64,000 bases of DNA from Urechidicola croceus (GCA_905181865.1 CAJIZG010000005.1:414705-478704), one strand, 5' to 3'; counted from the first letter of the stretch, positions 31,397-42,151 are shown. Numbers and translations: made by a program. Notes: a model not told the origin generated them from the sequence alone.

Positions 31397-31590
31397 TTAC
31401 TTTTTTTTATGTGATTTTTTATCCTCATTTGTAATAAAAAAAATCATTTCAATCCCCAAAAATATAGCTGTCAAAATCTAATTCAAAAAATACTATATTT
31501 AAGGTCGGATAAATGTATTGCAAATTTAATACTTCTTATCATTGATTAACTATTAATAAAAACGGGTATTCATTTAAATATTTAAAAAAC

Positions 31591-33057
31591 ATGAAGGGAA
31601 AAAAAAAGAAACCATCAATTACTTCTCGTAGGTCATTTATTAAAACTGGGGCAATAGCCTCATCAATTTTTATAGTCCCTAGACATGTGCTTGGAGGTGT
31701 AGGTTATACGTCACCTAGTGATCAATTAAATTTAGCAGCTATTGGTGCAGGAGGAAAGGGATCGAGCGACATTCGTAATGCTTCGGTGAATGGTAGAGAA
31801 AGAGTGACAGCTCTGTGTGATGTAGATTTTTCTGGATCTGCAAAAAAATCCGTTGAACGTTTTCCAAACGCAAAGTTATATGCTGATTACCGAGTAATGC
31901 TGGAAAAAGAAAAAGATATAGATGCAGTCACCATTTCAACTCCAGATCATGTCCACGGTCCAGCAGCGCATTATGCGATGCAACGAGGAAAGCATGTATA
32001 TGTTCAAAAACCTATGACACATAATATTAGAGAAGCAAGAATTCTTACTGAAATGGCAAGAGAGCGAAAAATTGTAACTCAAATGGGGAATCAAGGAGGT
32101 TCAAACCCTTTGTTAAATATGGTTCAAAAATGGATAGATGATGACAGATTAGGGAAAATTTCAAAAGTTCAAATCTGGACAAATAGACCCGTTTGGCCGC
32201 AAGGTTTTGCGATGCAACCTTCAGATGAATCTAAAAAACCAAGTGCTTTAAATTGGGATTTATGGTTAGGTCCTTCACCTCAAATACCTTATACTCCGAA
32301 CTTACATCCGTTTGGCTGGAGAGGCTGGTGGGATTATGGAACAGGAGCTTTAGGTGATGTAGGATGCCATTTAATAGATATTCCATTTAGAACACTCGGA
32401 TTGAAATATCCAACAGATGCTGAATCTAGTGTTGGATCTGTATATACCAAAATGTGGAACGCAGATTATCATCCAGAAGGATGTCCCGCTTCATCGTTTA
32501 CTACCCTGCATTTTGCAGAAACTAAGAAAAGTAAATCTCCAATAGAAATGACTTGGAATGATGGAGGAATACGGCCTGCACATCCTGAAATCATTCCTGC
32601 TGATAGTGATATTGGAGGTAAGAATAGTTTGAATGGCGTTTTAATAATTGGGGATAAAGGACTTATTTCTACCAATATAAATGATAGTTCTCCTTTAATG
32701 CCAAAATTATATTTGTATGATGGTACAACCGAATTTGGTCCAGAGGTAGAGTCAAATGATGAACCAGAATATGGACATCAAAGAAGATGGGTTGATGCCT
32801 GTAAAGCTGGATTTAACAGTACAGAACATTTGGGTCTTACTTCTTCTTTTGACTATGCTGGTCCAATGACTGAAACTGTATTGATGGGTAATCTTGCTAT
32901 TAGAAGTTACTTATTGAAAAAAGAAAACAGTAAAGGTAAAATGGATTTCTTTGCGCGTAAAAAATTATTATGGGATGGCGAAAACATGAGAATAACCAAC
33001 CTTGAGGCCGCCAATCAATTTGTAGGCAGAAATTACCGAAAAGGATGGGAGGTCTAG
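31591..33057 (+). CDS. Gfo/Idh/MocA family oxidoreductase with twin-arginine leader
   Basis: SRRSFIK, IGAGGKG, ISTPDHVH, YVQKPMTH, GDVGCH. Confidence 0.92.
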   Translation: MKGKKKKPSITSRRSFIKTGAIASSIFIVPRHVLGGVGYTSPSDQLNLAAIGAGGKGSSDIRNASVNGRERVTALCDVDFSGSAKKSVERFPNAKLYADYRVMLEKEKDIDAVTISTPDHVHGPAAHYAMQRGKHVYVQKPMTHNIREARILTEMARERKIVTQMGNQGGSNPLLNMVQKWIDDDRLGKISKVQIWTNRPVWPQGFAMQPSDESKKPSALNWDLWLGPSPQIPYTPNLHPFGWRGWWDYGTGALGDVGCHLIDIPFRTLGLKYPTDAESSVGSVYTKMWNADYHPEGCPASSFTTLHFAETKKSKSPIEMTWNDGGIRPAHPEIIPADSDIGGKNSLNGVLIIGDKGLISTNINDSSPLMPKLYLYDGTTEFGPEVESNDEPEYGHQRRWVDACKAGFNSTEHLGLTSSFDYAGPMTETVLMGNLAIRSYLLKKENSKGKMDFFARKKLLWDGENMRITNLEAANQFVGRNYRKGWEV

Positions 33058-33097
33058 TTATAAATGGACTAAATGGAGATTAAATTAAGAATATTTC

Positions 33098-33134
33098 AAA
33101 TCGTAGAGCGTTTATATGCTCTGCGATTTTTTTT
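33098..33134 (+). terminator. Terminator after the Gfo/Idh/MocA gene
   Basis: Stem AAATCGTAGAGC/GCTCTGCGATTT plus T-tract. Confidence 0.75.
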
Positions 33135-33177
33135 CTATAAAATTTTGAGTTGAATAAATTTTTAACGAATATTGCAA

Positions 33178-33190
33178 TATGTTATACATA
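33178..33190 (+). promoter_or_regulatory. Putative FadR/GntR operator TATGTTATACATA upstream of nanA
   Basis: Palindrome (TATGT-N3-ACATA) that is 12/13 identical to the site before nanE. Confidence 0.7.
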
Positions 33191-33200
33191 ATGATTTAAT

Positions 33201-34106
33201 ATGATAGAAAAAAAATTAATTGCAGCAACATATACTCCATTAAAAGAAGACAGTTCCATTAATTTGGAATTAATCCCAACCTATAGTGACTTTCTACAAA
33301 GGAATAATGTATCAGGCGTTTTTGTCAATGGAACCACAGGAGATTTTACCTCATTGACTGTAGACGAGCGAAAATTGATTATTAATGAATGGGCTACAAA
33401 AAGAAATGAAAACTTTACGGTAATTAATCATGTCGGCCATACTAGTTTGAAGATAGCCAAAGAATTAACTATTCATTCAGCAGAGAAAGTAGATGGTATT
33501 TCGGCTTTACCTCCGTTTTATTTTAAACCGAGGTCATTGCAAAGTTTGTTAGATTATTGTAAGGAAATTGCCGCATGTGCTCCGAATTTACCTTTCTACT
33601 ACTATCATATTCCGATTCTTACTGGCGCGAACTTTTCAATGATAGAATTTTTAGAATTGGCAGATGAGCAGATTCCAAACTTAGGCGGAATCAAATTTTC
33701 TAATAATGATATTATAGGGCTAAGGCAGTGCTACAATTTTAAAGCGGGGAAATATGCCGTTTTTTATGGAGTGGATGAAATGTTTTTATCAAGCCTTCCC
33801 TACGGGATTAAAGGCTGGGTGGGTAGTACTTATAACCATTTAGCACCATTGTATCATAAAATTTATGAGGCTTTTAATAAGGGAGATATATCCTTGGCCA
33901 GTGAACTACAAGATAAGTCGGTTCAGTTTGTGCAAATGCTAGATGCTTTGGGTGGCTTCAATGGCGTAGGGAAATCGTTTATGAAAATAGTAGGAATTGA
34001 TTGCGGGCCGAGTAGATATCCTCATACGACACTTTCTAACAAGGATTTGTTAGAAGTAAAAACACAATTTGAAGAATTAAATATTATGAGTTACACTAAT
34101 AAATAG
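33201..34106 (+). CDS. nanA: N-acetylneuraminate lyase (DHDPS family)
   Basis: VNGTTGD, YYYHIP (catalytic Tyr), GIKFS (Schiff-base Lys), GVDE, GSTYN; sialic-acid gene context. Confidence 0.85.
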   Translation: MIEKKLIAATYTPLKEDSSINLELIPTYSDFLQRNNVSGVFVNGTTGDFTSLTVDERKLIINEWATKRNENFTVINHVGHTSLKIAKELTIHSAEKVDGISALPPFYFKPRSLQSLLDYCKEIAACAPNLPFYYYHIPILTGANFSMIEFLELADEQIPNLGGIKFSNNDIIGLRQCYNFKAGKYAVFYGVDEMFLSSLPYGIKGWVGSTYNHLAPLYHKIYEAFNKGDISLASELQDKSVQFVQMLDALGGFNGVGKSFMKIVGIDCGPSRYPHTTLSNKDLLEVKTQFEELNIMSYTNK

Positions 34107-34129
34107 TGAAAATTTAGAAACTAAGTTGC

Positions 34130-34837
34130 TTATAAAATTCTGTAAAAATGAGGATCTAAATGAGTTCTCATGGCTGATCTGAAAGTCTCTGGTGTTCCAA
34201 TTTTAAGATTGTCGAGAAGATTTCTGTGGTTAATAATCGAACCTTTTACATGGTCTTTGGAAAGTTCTTCTTGTTCATGTACAAACTCAAAAATAGGGAG
34301 TAATAAAACTTGAAATCTTTGCAGAGTCACATTTCCAGACATTTGATATAACTTTCCATGAAACTGAATTTCATGTTCTAAGCTAAAAATGGAATCGTCA
34401 ACGCCCTGTTTTTCATCTGCCTCAACAATTTGTTCTAATTCGTCAATTCCTTTTTGTGTTTTTCTAGCAAATAAGGAGTCTGCCATTCCCATTTCTAAAA
34501 TTAACCGCAACTCAAATAGGTTTTTTAACGTCTCGTTACCTAATAACTTTGGATCCAAAACACGTTCGAAATTATCAATAAAATCGGGCTGTGTTAAAAT
34601 CATTCCTCGGTGCTTTTTAGATTCAATAATACCTAAAGTTCTTAATCTAAGCGACGCTTCTCGCACAACTGTCCTGCTTACTCCTAGCGATTCAACCAGT
34701 TCTAATTCCTTAGGAAAGGCATCTCCTGGAACTAAATTATTCTCTTTAATAAATGCCACCAATCGAAGTTCAACTTTATCAACAAGTGATAAATTATCTA
34801 AGGGTTTAATTTTCTTAATAGTTTTTGTTTTTGCCAT
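34130..34837 (-). CDS. FadR/GntR family transcriptional regulator (probable nan repressor)
   Basis: wHTH ELELVESLGVSRTVVREA, FCD domain LFELRLILE...FHGKL; divergent from the nanE operon. Confidence 0.92.
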   Translation of the reverse strand: MAKTKTIKKIKPLDNLSLVDKVELRLVAFIKENNLVPGDAFPKELELVESLGVSRTVVREASLRLRTLGIIESKKHRGMILTQPDFIDNFERVLDPKLLGNETLKNLFELRLILEMGMADSLFARKTQKGIDELEQIVEADEKQGVDDSIFSLEHEIQFHGKLYQMSGNVTLQRFQVLLLPIFEFVHEQEELSKDHVKGSIINHRNLLDNLKIGTPETFRSAMRTHLDPHFYRIL

Positions 34838-34949
34838 ATCTTTAGAAGTAATTTATCTAGTAAATTGAATTTATTAAGAAATTATTTTAATGCCACTATA
34901 TTCCATTAATTTAGGCGAAAGTATAAAAAAATATTTTATATGTTTGTAT

Positions 34950-34962
34950 TATGTTAGACATA
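34950..34962 (+). promoter_or_regulatory. Putative FadR/GntR operator TATGTTAGACATA just downstream of promoter TATGTTTG (34939-34946)
   Basis: Core of a 7-bp-arm palindrome ATTATGT-TAG-ACATAAT (34948-34964). Confidence 0.72.
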
Positions 34963-36138
34963 ATGAAAGAGATCCAACTAAGCGAACTTTACAAAAGCAC
35001 TCTTTTACAAGATGTGATTCCATTTTGGGAGCAAAATTCTGTCGACTGGCAAAATGGAGGGTACTATACTTGCCTAGATAGGAAGGGGAAAGTTTTTGAG
35101 CGGGATAAGTTTATGTGGCTACAAGGTCGACAAGCTTGGATGTTTTCTATGCTGTATAATAATGTTGAGAAAAATGAAAAATGGCTGAAAATCGCAAAAA
35201 ACGGAATTGATTTCTTAATCAATAAAGGAATGGATCTCGAGGGGAATTTCTATTTTTCATCTACAGAACAAGGAGAGCCTTTAGTTCAGCCATATAATAT
35301 ATTCTCAGATTGCTTTGCGGCTATGGCTTTTAGTCAATACGCAATTGCAACTAAAGACGAATCAATAAAAAAACTAGCAATTCAAACATATTATAATATT
35401 TTAAAGAAAAAAGACAATCCAAAATTACAGTTCGAAAAATCTACCGGAGCCAGACCTTTAAAAAGTTTTGCATTTCCGATGATTCTTTCCAATTTGGTAA
35501 TTGAATTTGAAGATGTGTTAAAAAATGAGGAAGTTGAAAAAATAATTAACTTTAGTATTCATGAAGTTATGGAAGTCTTTTTAGATAAAAATTCTGGACT
35601 TGTTTATGAATTTGTAAAACCTGATGGTTCTTTAGAAGACAGTTTCAACGGGCGTCTTCTAAATCCGGGCCATGGTATCGAAGCAATGTGGTTTATGATG
35701 GATATTGGGGTTCGAAGAAATGATCAACAATTAATTCAAAAAGCAGTAAACACAACAATAAAAATATTGGAACATAGCTGGGATGATCAGTTTGGAGGCA
35801 TCCTATATTTCATGGATGCTAATGGAAAACCACCTCAACAATTAGAATGGGATCAAAAATTGTGGTGGGTACATTTAGAAAGTTTAATAGCATTATCTAA
35901 AGCGTATGAACTAACACAAAGAAAAGAAGTACTGGCTTGGTATCAAAAAGTACACGACTATGCATGGTCACATTTTTCAGACCCAGAGAACGGCGAATGG
36001 TTTGGCTATTTAAACAGACAAGGCGAGGTGTTACTAGATTTAAAAGGTGGGAAATGGAAGGGTTGTTTTCATGTCCCAAGAGCCATGTATCAGTGCTGGA
36101 AATCATTTGAAAATATTGAGAGACAATTAAAGGATTAA
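34951..36138 (+). CDS. nanE: N-acylglucosamine 2-epimerase (AGE family; likely start ATG 34963)
   Basis: [41 protein letters not shown]. Confidence 0.93.
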   Translation: MLDIMKEIQLSELYKSTLLQDVIPFWEQNSVDWQNGGYYTCLDRKGKVFERDKFMWLQGRQAWMFSMLYNNVEKNEKWLKIAKNGIDFLINKGMDLEGNFYFSSTEQGEPLVQPYNIFSDCFAAMAFSQYAIATKDESIKKLAIQTYYNILKKKDNPKLQFEKSTGARPLKSFAFPMILSNLVIEFEDVLKNEEVEKIINFSIHEVMEVFLDKNSGLVYEFVKPDGSLEDSFNGRLLNPGHGIEAMWFMMDIGVRRNDQQLIQKAVNTTIKILEHSWDDQFGGILYFMDANGKPPQQLEWDQKLWWVHLESLIALSKAYELTQRKEVLAWYQKVHDYAWSHFSDPENGEWFGYLNRQGEVLLDLKGGKWKGCFHVPRAMYQCWKSFENIERQLKD

Positions 36139-36143
36139 ATAGT

Positions 36144-36917
36144 ATGAATAATAAACCAAGACCTTATATTCTTTCAGAAACCAATTGGAAAACTGTTAAA
36201 GAAAATACGTATACCGTGGCAATGCTACCTTGGGGTGCTACAGAAGCGCATAATTACCACTTACCTTATGCCACAGATACCATTCAGGCTATCTATGTTG
36301 CAAGTGAATCAGCAAGACTTGCATGGGAAACAAAGGCAAAACCAATTGTACTGCCTGCCATACCGTTTGGAGTAAACACGGGTCAAATGGATATTCCATT
36401 GTGTATAAATATGAATCCATCTACACAATATGCCGTTTTAAAGGATATCGTTCAAGTATTGGACAGTCATAATATCGACAAACTTTTGATTGTGAATAGT
36501 CATGGAGGAAATAATTTTAAGCAAATGATTCGTGAGTTAAGTCTGGAATATCCTGATGTTTTTATATGTACCATAAATTGGTGGCAAGCAGTAAATGTTT
36601 CAATATATTTCGATGAGCCTGGAGATCATGCCGGTGAGTTGGAAACTTCTGCCATGCAATTTATAACCCCAGATTGGGTGTTACCATTAAAAGATGCCGG
36701 AAATGGAAAAGCCAAGCAATTTAAATTAAAAGGATTGAAAGAAGGGTGGGTTTCTTCTCAACGTAAATGGACATCCGTTACTAAAGATACTGGTGTGGGT
36801 AATCCGCAATTTGCCACCAAAGAAAAAGGAGAATTATTTTTAAAAGAAGTTACAAAATCTATCGGTGAATTTATTGTAGAACTACACCACGCAGATTTAA
36901 ATAATTTATATGAATAA
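36144..36917 (+). CDS. Creatininase-family metal amidohydrolase
   Basis: GATEAHNYHLP..TD, NSHGGN, DHAGELETS. Confidence 0.9.
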   Translation: MNNKPRPYILSETNWKTVKENTYTVAMLPWGATEAHNYHLPYATDTIQAIYVASESARLAWETKAKPIVLPAIPFGVNTGQMDIPLCINMNPSTQYAVLKDIVQVLDSHNIDKLLIVNSHGGNNFKQMIRELSLEYPDVFICTINWWQAVNVSIYFDEPGDHAGELETSAMQFITPDWVLPLKDAGNGKAKQFKLKGLKEGWVSSQRKWTSVTKDTGVGNPQFATKEKGELFLKEVTKSIGEFIVELHHADLNNLYE

Positions 36918-36940
36918 TATATCTAATCAAATTCGAAAAA

Positions 36941-38074
36941 ATGAAAAATTATATTCTAGTATTCTTATCAATTTTAACACTTTCTGTAAGTGCTCAAAAG
37001 GAAGAATTCTCGATTGCCGAGGGAGTTACTCGGTATGTCGATCTTTTTAATACAACCATGGAAGACGGAGTTTCTTGTTATCGAATTCCATCAATTGTTA
37101 CGGCTCCAAATGGAGATATAATTGCAACTATAGATGAGCGCGTTCCATCGTGCTCGGATTTAAAAGACAGTAAAGACATCAATATTGCGATTCGAAGAAG
37201 TTCTAATAACGGAAAATCATGGACACCTATTGAAATTATTGTAGATTTTCCGTTGGGACAATCTGCTTCAGATCCATCTATGATTGTTGATAATATCACA
37301 AAGGAAATTTTCTTGTTTTACAATTATATGGATTTAGACAAGGAAAAGGATGTGTATTATTTACATGTGGTAAAAAGTGCTGATAATGGAAAAACTTGGA
37401 GTAAACCAGAAGATATTACTTCTCAAATTAGTAAGCCAGAATGGCACAAGGACTTTAAATTTATTACTTCAGGCAGAGGAATTCAAACATCTACGGGTAA
37501 GTTGTTACATTGTATGGTAAACCTAGATAATGGTACGCATTTGTTCGGAAGTGATGATCATGGTAAAACATGGTTTTTTATTGATACTCCAATTTCTCCA
37601 GCAAATGAATCTAAGGTTATTGAATTGGCTGATGGAACTTGGATGGTCAATGCGAGATCCAAAGATAAAAAAGGCTTTCGATATGTACATACTTCTCATG
37701 ATGAAGGAGAAACATGGACTGCAAAGTCCGAAGAACAATTGATAGATCCAGGTTGCAATGCAAGTATTATTAGATATACATCAATTGATGAAGGCTATAA
37801 AAAAAACAGACTTCTTTTTTCAAATGCAAATTCCGTAAAAGGCCGAGTAAACATGACTGTGAAAATTAGTTATGATGAAGGTAAAACATGGCCTGTAGAA
37901 AAAATAATTTATGAAGGTGGATCAGCCTATTCCTCATTAACGATTCTAGAAAATGGAGATATAGGATTATTTTTTGAACAAGATGTTTATAAGAAAAATC
38001 CATTCGTGAGTTTTTCCTTAAAATGGTTGACCGATGGTGACGATAAATACAAAAAACCGAAGAGCCTAAAATAG
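36941..38074 (+). CDS. Exo-sialidase GH33 (1)
   Basis: Signal peptide, YRIP, five Asp boxes (SSNNGKSW...SYDEGKTW), SAYS Tyr nucleophile. Confidence 0.92.
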   Translation: MKNYILVFLSILTLSVSAQKEEFSIAEGVTRYVDLFNTTMEDGVSCYRIPSIVTAPNGDIIATIDERVPSCSDLKDSKDINIAIRRSSNNGKSWTPIEIIVDFPLGQSASDPSMIVDNITKEIFLFYNYMDLDKEKDVYYLHVVKSADNGKTWSKPEDITSQISKPEWHKDFKFITSGRGIQTSTGKLLHCMVNLDNGTHLFGSDDHGKTWFFIDTPISPANESKVIELADGTWMVNARSKDKKGFRYVHTSHDEGETWTAKSEEQLIDPGCNASIIRYTSIDEGYKKNRLLFSNANSVKGRVNMTVKISYDEGKTWPVEKIIYEGGSAYSSLTILENGDIGLFFEQDVYKKNPFVSFSLKWLTDGDDKYKKPKSLK

Positions 38075-38129
38075 AAATATTATTTTAGTAAATTGTCGAC
38101 TATTTTAAATAACTGAGTAGATTAGTAAC

Positions 38130-40994
38130 ATGAAGAAACTTTTCGAGGAATTGCAAAATACAGTATCAGGTGAAATCTTATATGATGAGCTTTCTTTAGG
38201 AATGTATTCTACCGATGCTAGTATTTATCAGATAAAGCCAATTGCCATAGTTCTACCTCGAAATGAAGACGATATCAAAAGTGCCATAAAGGTGGCTTTT
38301 GATAACGGAATAACTATTTTACCTCGTGGAGCAGGAACTAGTTTGGCAGGACAAACTGTTGGCAAATCTATTATTCTTGATTTCTCTAAACATATGAATT
38401 CCATTATTGAAATCAATGAATCAGAGAAATGGGTTCGTGTTCAACCGGGAATGGCTCGAGACGATTTAAACGCCGTTTTAGAACCCCTAGGGTTACATTT
38501 TGCTCCAGACCCAGCAACAAGTAGCAGAGCAAATGTTGGAGGAATGGTTGGTAATAACTCTTCTGGGACTAAGAGCGTACTCTTTGGTAAAACAGTAGAT
38601 CATGTATTAGAAGTCAATGTTGTTTTAGCAGAAGGGACTGAATTACATCTTAAAAATTGTTCGCCAGAAGAGTACCAAAAGAAAGCATCTCAAGAAAATA
38701 GAGAAGGAGAAATTTATCGCACCATTAAGGACTTAATCGATGCGCATACGGATGAAATCAAAGAACGATTTCCTAAGGTAATGCGTCGCGTTGGAGGCTA
38801 TAATTTAGATGAATTTGTATATACAGATCAATGGAACTTGAGTAAGTTGGTTTGTGGTAGTGAAGGAACACTTGCAACAACAGTTGATCTAAAATTAAAT
38901 CTTGTTGATTTACCCAAAAATAAATCAGTATGTGTAGTTCACTTTACTGAATTGTTGGAAGCAATTTCTGCCGTTGAAATAATATTAACATTTAATCCCT
39001 CAGCCGTTGAAATATTAGATAAAACGGTTATTGGGTTAAGTAGAAAGAATTTAATGACAAAGCATCATTGTCATTTCATAGAAGGTAATCCAGCCGCAAT
39101 ATTAATTGTGGAGTTTTATGCAGATACTGCCGAGGATGTTATGGAGCGTCCAAAAAAGATGATTACTTTGTTAGAGGAAACCAATTTTGGTTACGCATAT
39201 CCTTTATTTCCCGATGGAAAATCATACAGTGATGTTTGGATAGTTCGTAAAAAGGGATTGGGATTAATGTTAGGTTTAAAAGGAAATAAAAAACCACTAC
39301 CATTTATTGAAGATGCCGGAATTCCATCAAAATATTTACCAGAATATATAGATCAAGTTTTAAAGGTTTGTGAAAAGTACGGAACCAAAGCAGCAATGTA
39401 TGCACATGCAAGTGTAGGCGTTATTCATGTACGTCCAATTTTAGATTTGAGGTTGGCAGAGGATATTGAACGCTTAAAAAATATTACCGATGACACTTTT
39501 CAATTAGTCATGAAATACAAAGGTTCTTGGAGTGGTGAGCATGGTGATGGATTGGTAAGAAGTGCCTACAACAAACGTTTTTTTGGAGATACAATTTATA
39601 AGGTGTTTTTAGACGTTAAAAAGTTAATGGATCCAAAAAATTTAATGAATCCCGGTAAAATTATTGAAGCTCAAACTATTGAGCACAATTTAAGATATGG
39701 TGTTGCCTATAAAGATGAGGGGGTAAAAACTGAATATAATTATAAGTCAGAAGAAGGATTCGAAGCGGCAGTTCATATGTGTTCTGGTGTAGGTGAATGC
39801 AGAAAGGTTTTGGGAGGAACTATGTGTCCAAGTTTTAAAGCTACGAGAGATGAAGAACATTCTACGCGTGGACGCGCGAATGCCTTGAGGCTGGCCATGT
39901 CGAATCAACTGGGAGAAAAAGGCCTGTCTAGTAAACGATTGCATGAGGTTATGGATTTATGCTTGTCTTGCAAGGCTTGTAAGTCAGAATGCCCGAGTAA
40001 TGTAGACATGGCAAAGATGAAGAGTGATGCCTTACAAATGTATTATGATGAACACGGCATTTCATTAAGAGATAAACTAATACGAGATTCTGCTAAGGCG
40101 GCGAGTAAGATTTCAGGTTCAAAAGCAGGCCTCGTAAATGCCATTCAAAAAACAGATTTATTTAAGTTTTTCTTAGAAAAAGCGGCACGTTTTGACAAGC
40201 GAAGGACACTTCCAGATTTTGCCAAAGAACCCTTTTATAAATGGTTTAAGAAAAACGCAAGAGAAACAAATATTGGAAACAAAAAAGTAGTTTTATTTGC
40301 CGACACCTATTTAAATTATCACGAGCCTCATATCGGAATATCTGCTCTAGAATTGTTAAATTCTTGTGGGTATGAAGTCATCTTAGCAAATGTTGGTTGT
40401 TGTCAAAGACCAAAGATATCTCATGGCTTTTTAAGAGACGCCAAGCAGGAAGGTATAAAAACTATTGACGGGTTAAAACCATTTTTAGATCAAGGTTTAA
40501 AAGTTGTGGTCTGTGAACCAAGTTGTGCTTCGGCATTGAATGACGATTTACCAGATTTAATTACCGATCAAGCAATTGCAGAACAACTAAAAAATGGCGT
40601 TATGATGATTGATGTTTTCCTTGCAAATGAATATGAAAACGAAAGATTAGATGTAGACTTTGAGCCAGTTTCTGACGGTATTGTGATTCACGGTCACTGT
40701 CATCAAAAGGCATTGTATGGCACAAATACGATGAAATCGTTGTTAAAAAATTCTGATAAGGTATCGGAAATTCCTTCGGGCTGTTGTGGTATGGCTGGTT
40801 CTTTTGGATACGAAAAGGAACATTATGATCTGTCTAAGAAAATTGGTGACGAAATTTTATTTCCAGCGGTTAATAAATTAGATAAAAATCATGAATTGAT
40901 AGCTTGCGGATTTAGTTGTCGCCACCAAATAGGACACTTTACAGAGGCAAATCCAAAGCATTTTGTGGAAGTAATTAGAGCTGTTAAAAAATAA
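38130..40994 (+). CDS. FAD-binding/Fe-S 2-hydroxy-acid dehydrogenase (GlcD-GlcF/YdiJ-type fusion)
   Basis: PRGAGTSLAGQ, GSEGTL, SGEHGDG, ferredoxin CLSCKACKSECP, CCG domains GCCQ and SGCCGMAGSFG. Confidence 0.9.
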   Translation: MKKLFEELQNTVSGEILYDELSLGMYSTDASIYQIKPIAIVLPRNEDDIKSAIKVAFDNGITILPRGAGTSLAGQTVGKSIILDFSKHMNSIIEINESEKWVRVQPGMARDDLNAVLEPLGLHFAPDPATSSRANVGGMVGNNSSGTKSVLFGKTVDHVLEVNVVLAEGTELHLKNCSPEEYQKKASQENREGEIYRTIKDLIDAHTDEIKERFPKVMRRVGGYNLDEFVYTDQWNLSKLVCGSEGTLATTVDLKLNLVDLPKNKSVCVVHFTELLEAISAVEIILTFNPSAVEILDKTVIGLSRKNLMTKHHCHFIEGNPAAILIVEFYADTAEDVMERPKKMITLLEETNFGYAYPLFPDGKSYSDVWIVRKKGLGLMLGLKGNKKPLPFIEDAGIPSKYLPEYIDQVLKVCEKYGTKAAMYAHASVGVIHVRPILDLRLAEDIERLKNITDDTFQLVMKYKGSWSGEHGDGLVRSAYNKRFFGDTIYKVFLDVKKLMDPKNLMNPGKIIEAQTIEHNLRYGVAYKDEGVKTEYNYKSEEGFEAAVHMCSGVGECRKVLGGTMCPSFKATRDEEHSTRGRANALRLAMSNQLGEKGLSSKRLHEVMDLCLSCKACKSECPSNVDMAKMKSDALQMYYDEHGISLRDKLIRDSAKAASKISGSKAGLVNAIQKTDLFKFFLEKAARFDKRRTLPDFAKEPFYKWFKKNARETNIGNKKVVLFADTYLNYHEPHIGISALELLNSCGYEVILANVGCCQRPKISHGFLRDAKQEGIKTIDGLKPFLDQGLKVVVCEPSCASALNDDLPDLITDQAIAEQLKNGVMMIDVFLANEYENERLDVDFEPVSDGIVIHGHCHQKALYGTNTMKSLLKNSDKVSEIPSGCCGMAGSFGYEKEHYDLSKKIGDEILFPAVNKLDKNHELIACGFSCRHQIGHFTEANPKHFVEVIRAVKK

Positions 40995-41025
40995 AAGAAG
41001 TATACAATACATAAAATATATACAT

Positions 41026-42138
41026 ATGAAAACCTATAAAGAATTAAACACAAGCAGACGCGTATTAATGGGTCCTGGACCAAGTGATACGCATCCAAGA
41101 GTTTTAAAAGCAATGTCAACTCCTTTAATAGGTCATTTAGACCCAGAATTTTTAGAAATAATGGATGACATAAAATCTATGACACAAGAAACATTAAAGA
41201 CAAAGAACGAATTGACTTTTGTTGTATCAGCACCTGGAAGTGCAGGGATGGAAACGTGTTTGGTTAATTTATTAGAGCCTGGTGATGAAGCCGTAGTCTG
41301 TATAAATGGTGTTTTTGGGACACGTTTGGCTGATATTGCAGAACGTTGTGGCGCAAAAGTAATTAAGATAGAAGCAGCATGGGGCTCTCCAATTAACCCA
41401 GACGATGTGGAAGCTGCATTAAAGACATGTAATCCAAAATTATTAGCTATTGTCCATGCAGAGACTTCAACAGGTGTATTACAGCCTCTAGAAGAAATTA
41501 GCAAAATATCCAAAAACGCTGGAGCACTTTTAGTAGTTGATGCTGTGACTTCATATTGCGGGACTGAATTAAAAGTAGATGAGTGGGGAATTGATGCTTT
41601 ATATTCTGGAAGCCAAAAATGTTTAAGTGCGCCTCCTGGTCTATCTCCTGTAACCTTTAGTCAAGCTGCTATTGATGTACTAAATAATAGAAAAACAAAA
41701 GTTCAAAGTTGGTTTTTAGATTTAACAATGGTTAAAAATTATTGGTCAGGAGCGAAGAGAGCGTATCATCATACGGCACCAGTTTCTGCTATGTTTGCCA
41801 TGAGGGAAGCTTTAAGATTGGTTCTTGAAGAGGGGCTTGAAAACAGGTTTAAGCGTCATCAGAAAAATCACGAATTATTACGTGATGGATTAGAGGCAAT
41901 GGGCTTTAAATTCTTAGTGGATAAGGAATATAGATTACCGATGTTGAACGCCGTTACAATTCCTGCAGGAGTTGACGATGCAAATGTTAGAAAACGATTG
42001 TTAGAAGAATATAATATAGAAATTGGTGGAGGATTAGGCCCTTATGCTGGAAAAATTTGGCGTATTGGATTAATGGGTGAAAGTTCTACTAAAAATAATG
42101 TAAACATGTTATTGTCTGCATTGAAACAAGTAATATAA
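41026..42138 (+). CDS. Alanine--glyoxylate/serine--pyruvate aminotransferase (class V)
   Basis: LMGPGPS, VHAETSTG, VDAV, SGSQKCLSAPPG, YHHTAP, WRIGLMG. Confidence 0.92.
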   Translation: MKTYKELNTSRRVLMGPGPSDTHPRVLKAMSTPLIGHLDPEFLEIMDDIKSMTQETLKTKNELTFVVSAPGSAGMETCLVNLLEPGDEAVVCINGVFGTRLADIAERCGAKVIKIEAAWGSPINPDDVEAALKTCNPKLLAIVHAETSTGVLQPLEEISKISKNAGALLVVDAVTSYCGTELKVDEWGIDALYSGSQKCLSAPPGLSPVTFSQAAIDVLNNRKTKVQSWFLDLTMVKNYWSGAKRAYHHTAPVSAMFAMREALRLVLEEGLENRFKRHQKNHELLRDGLEAMGFKFLVDKEYRLPMLNAVTIPAGVDDANVRKRLLEEYNIEIGGGLGPYAGKIWRIGLMGESSTKNNVNMLLSALKQVI

Positions 42139-42151
42139 TACTAAATTAATT

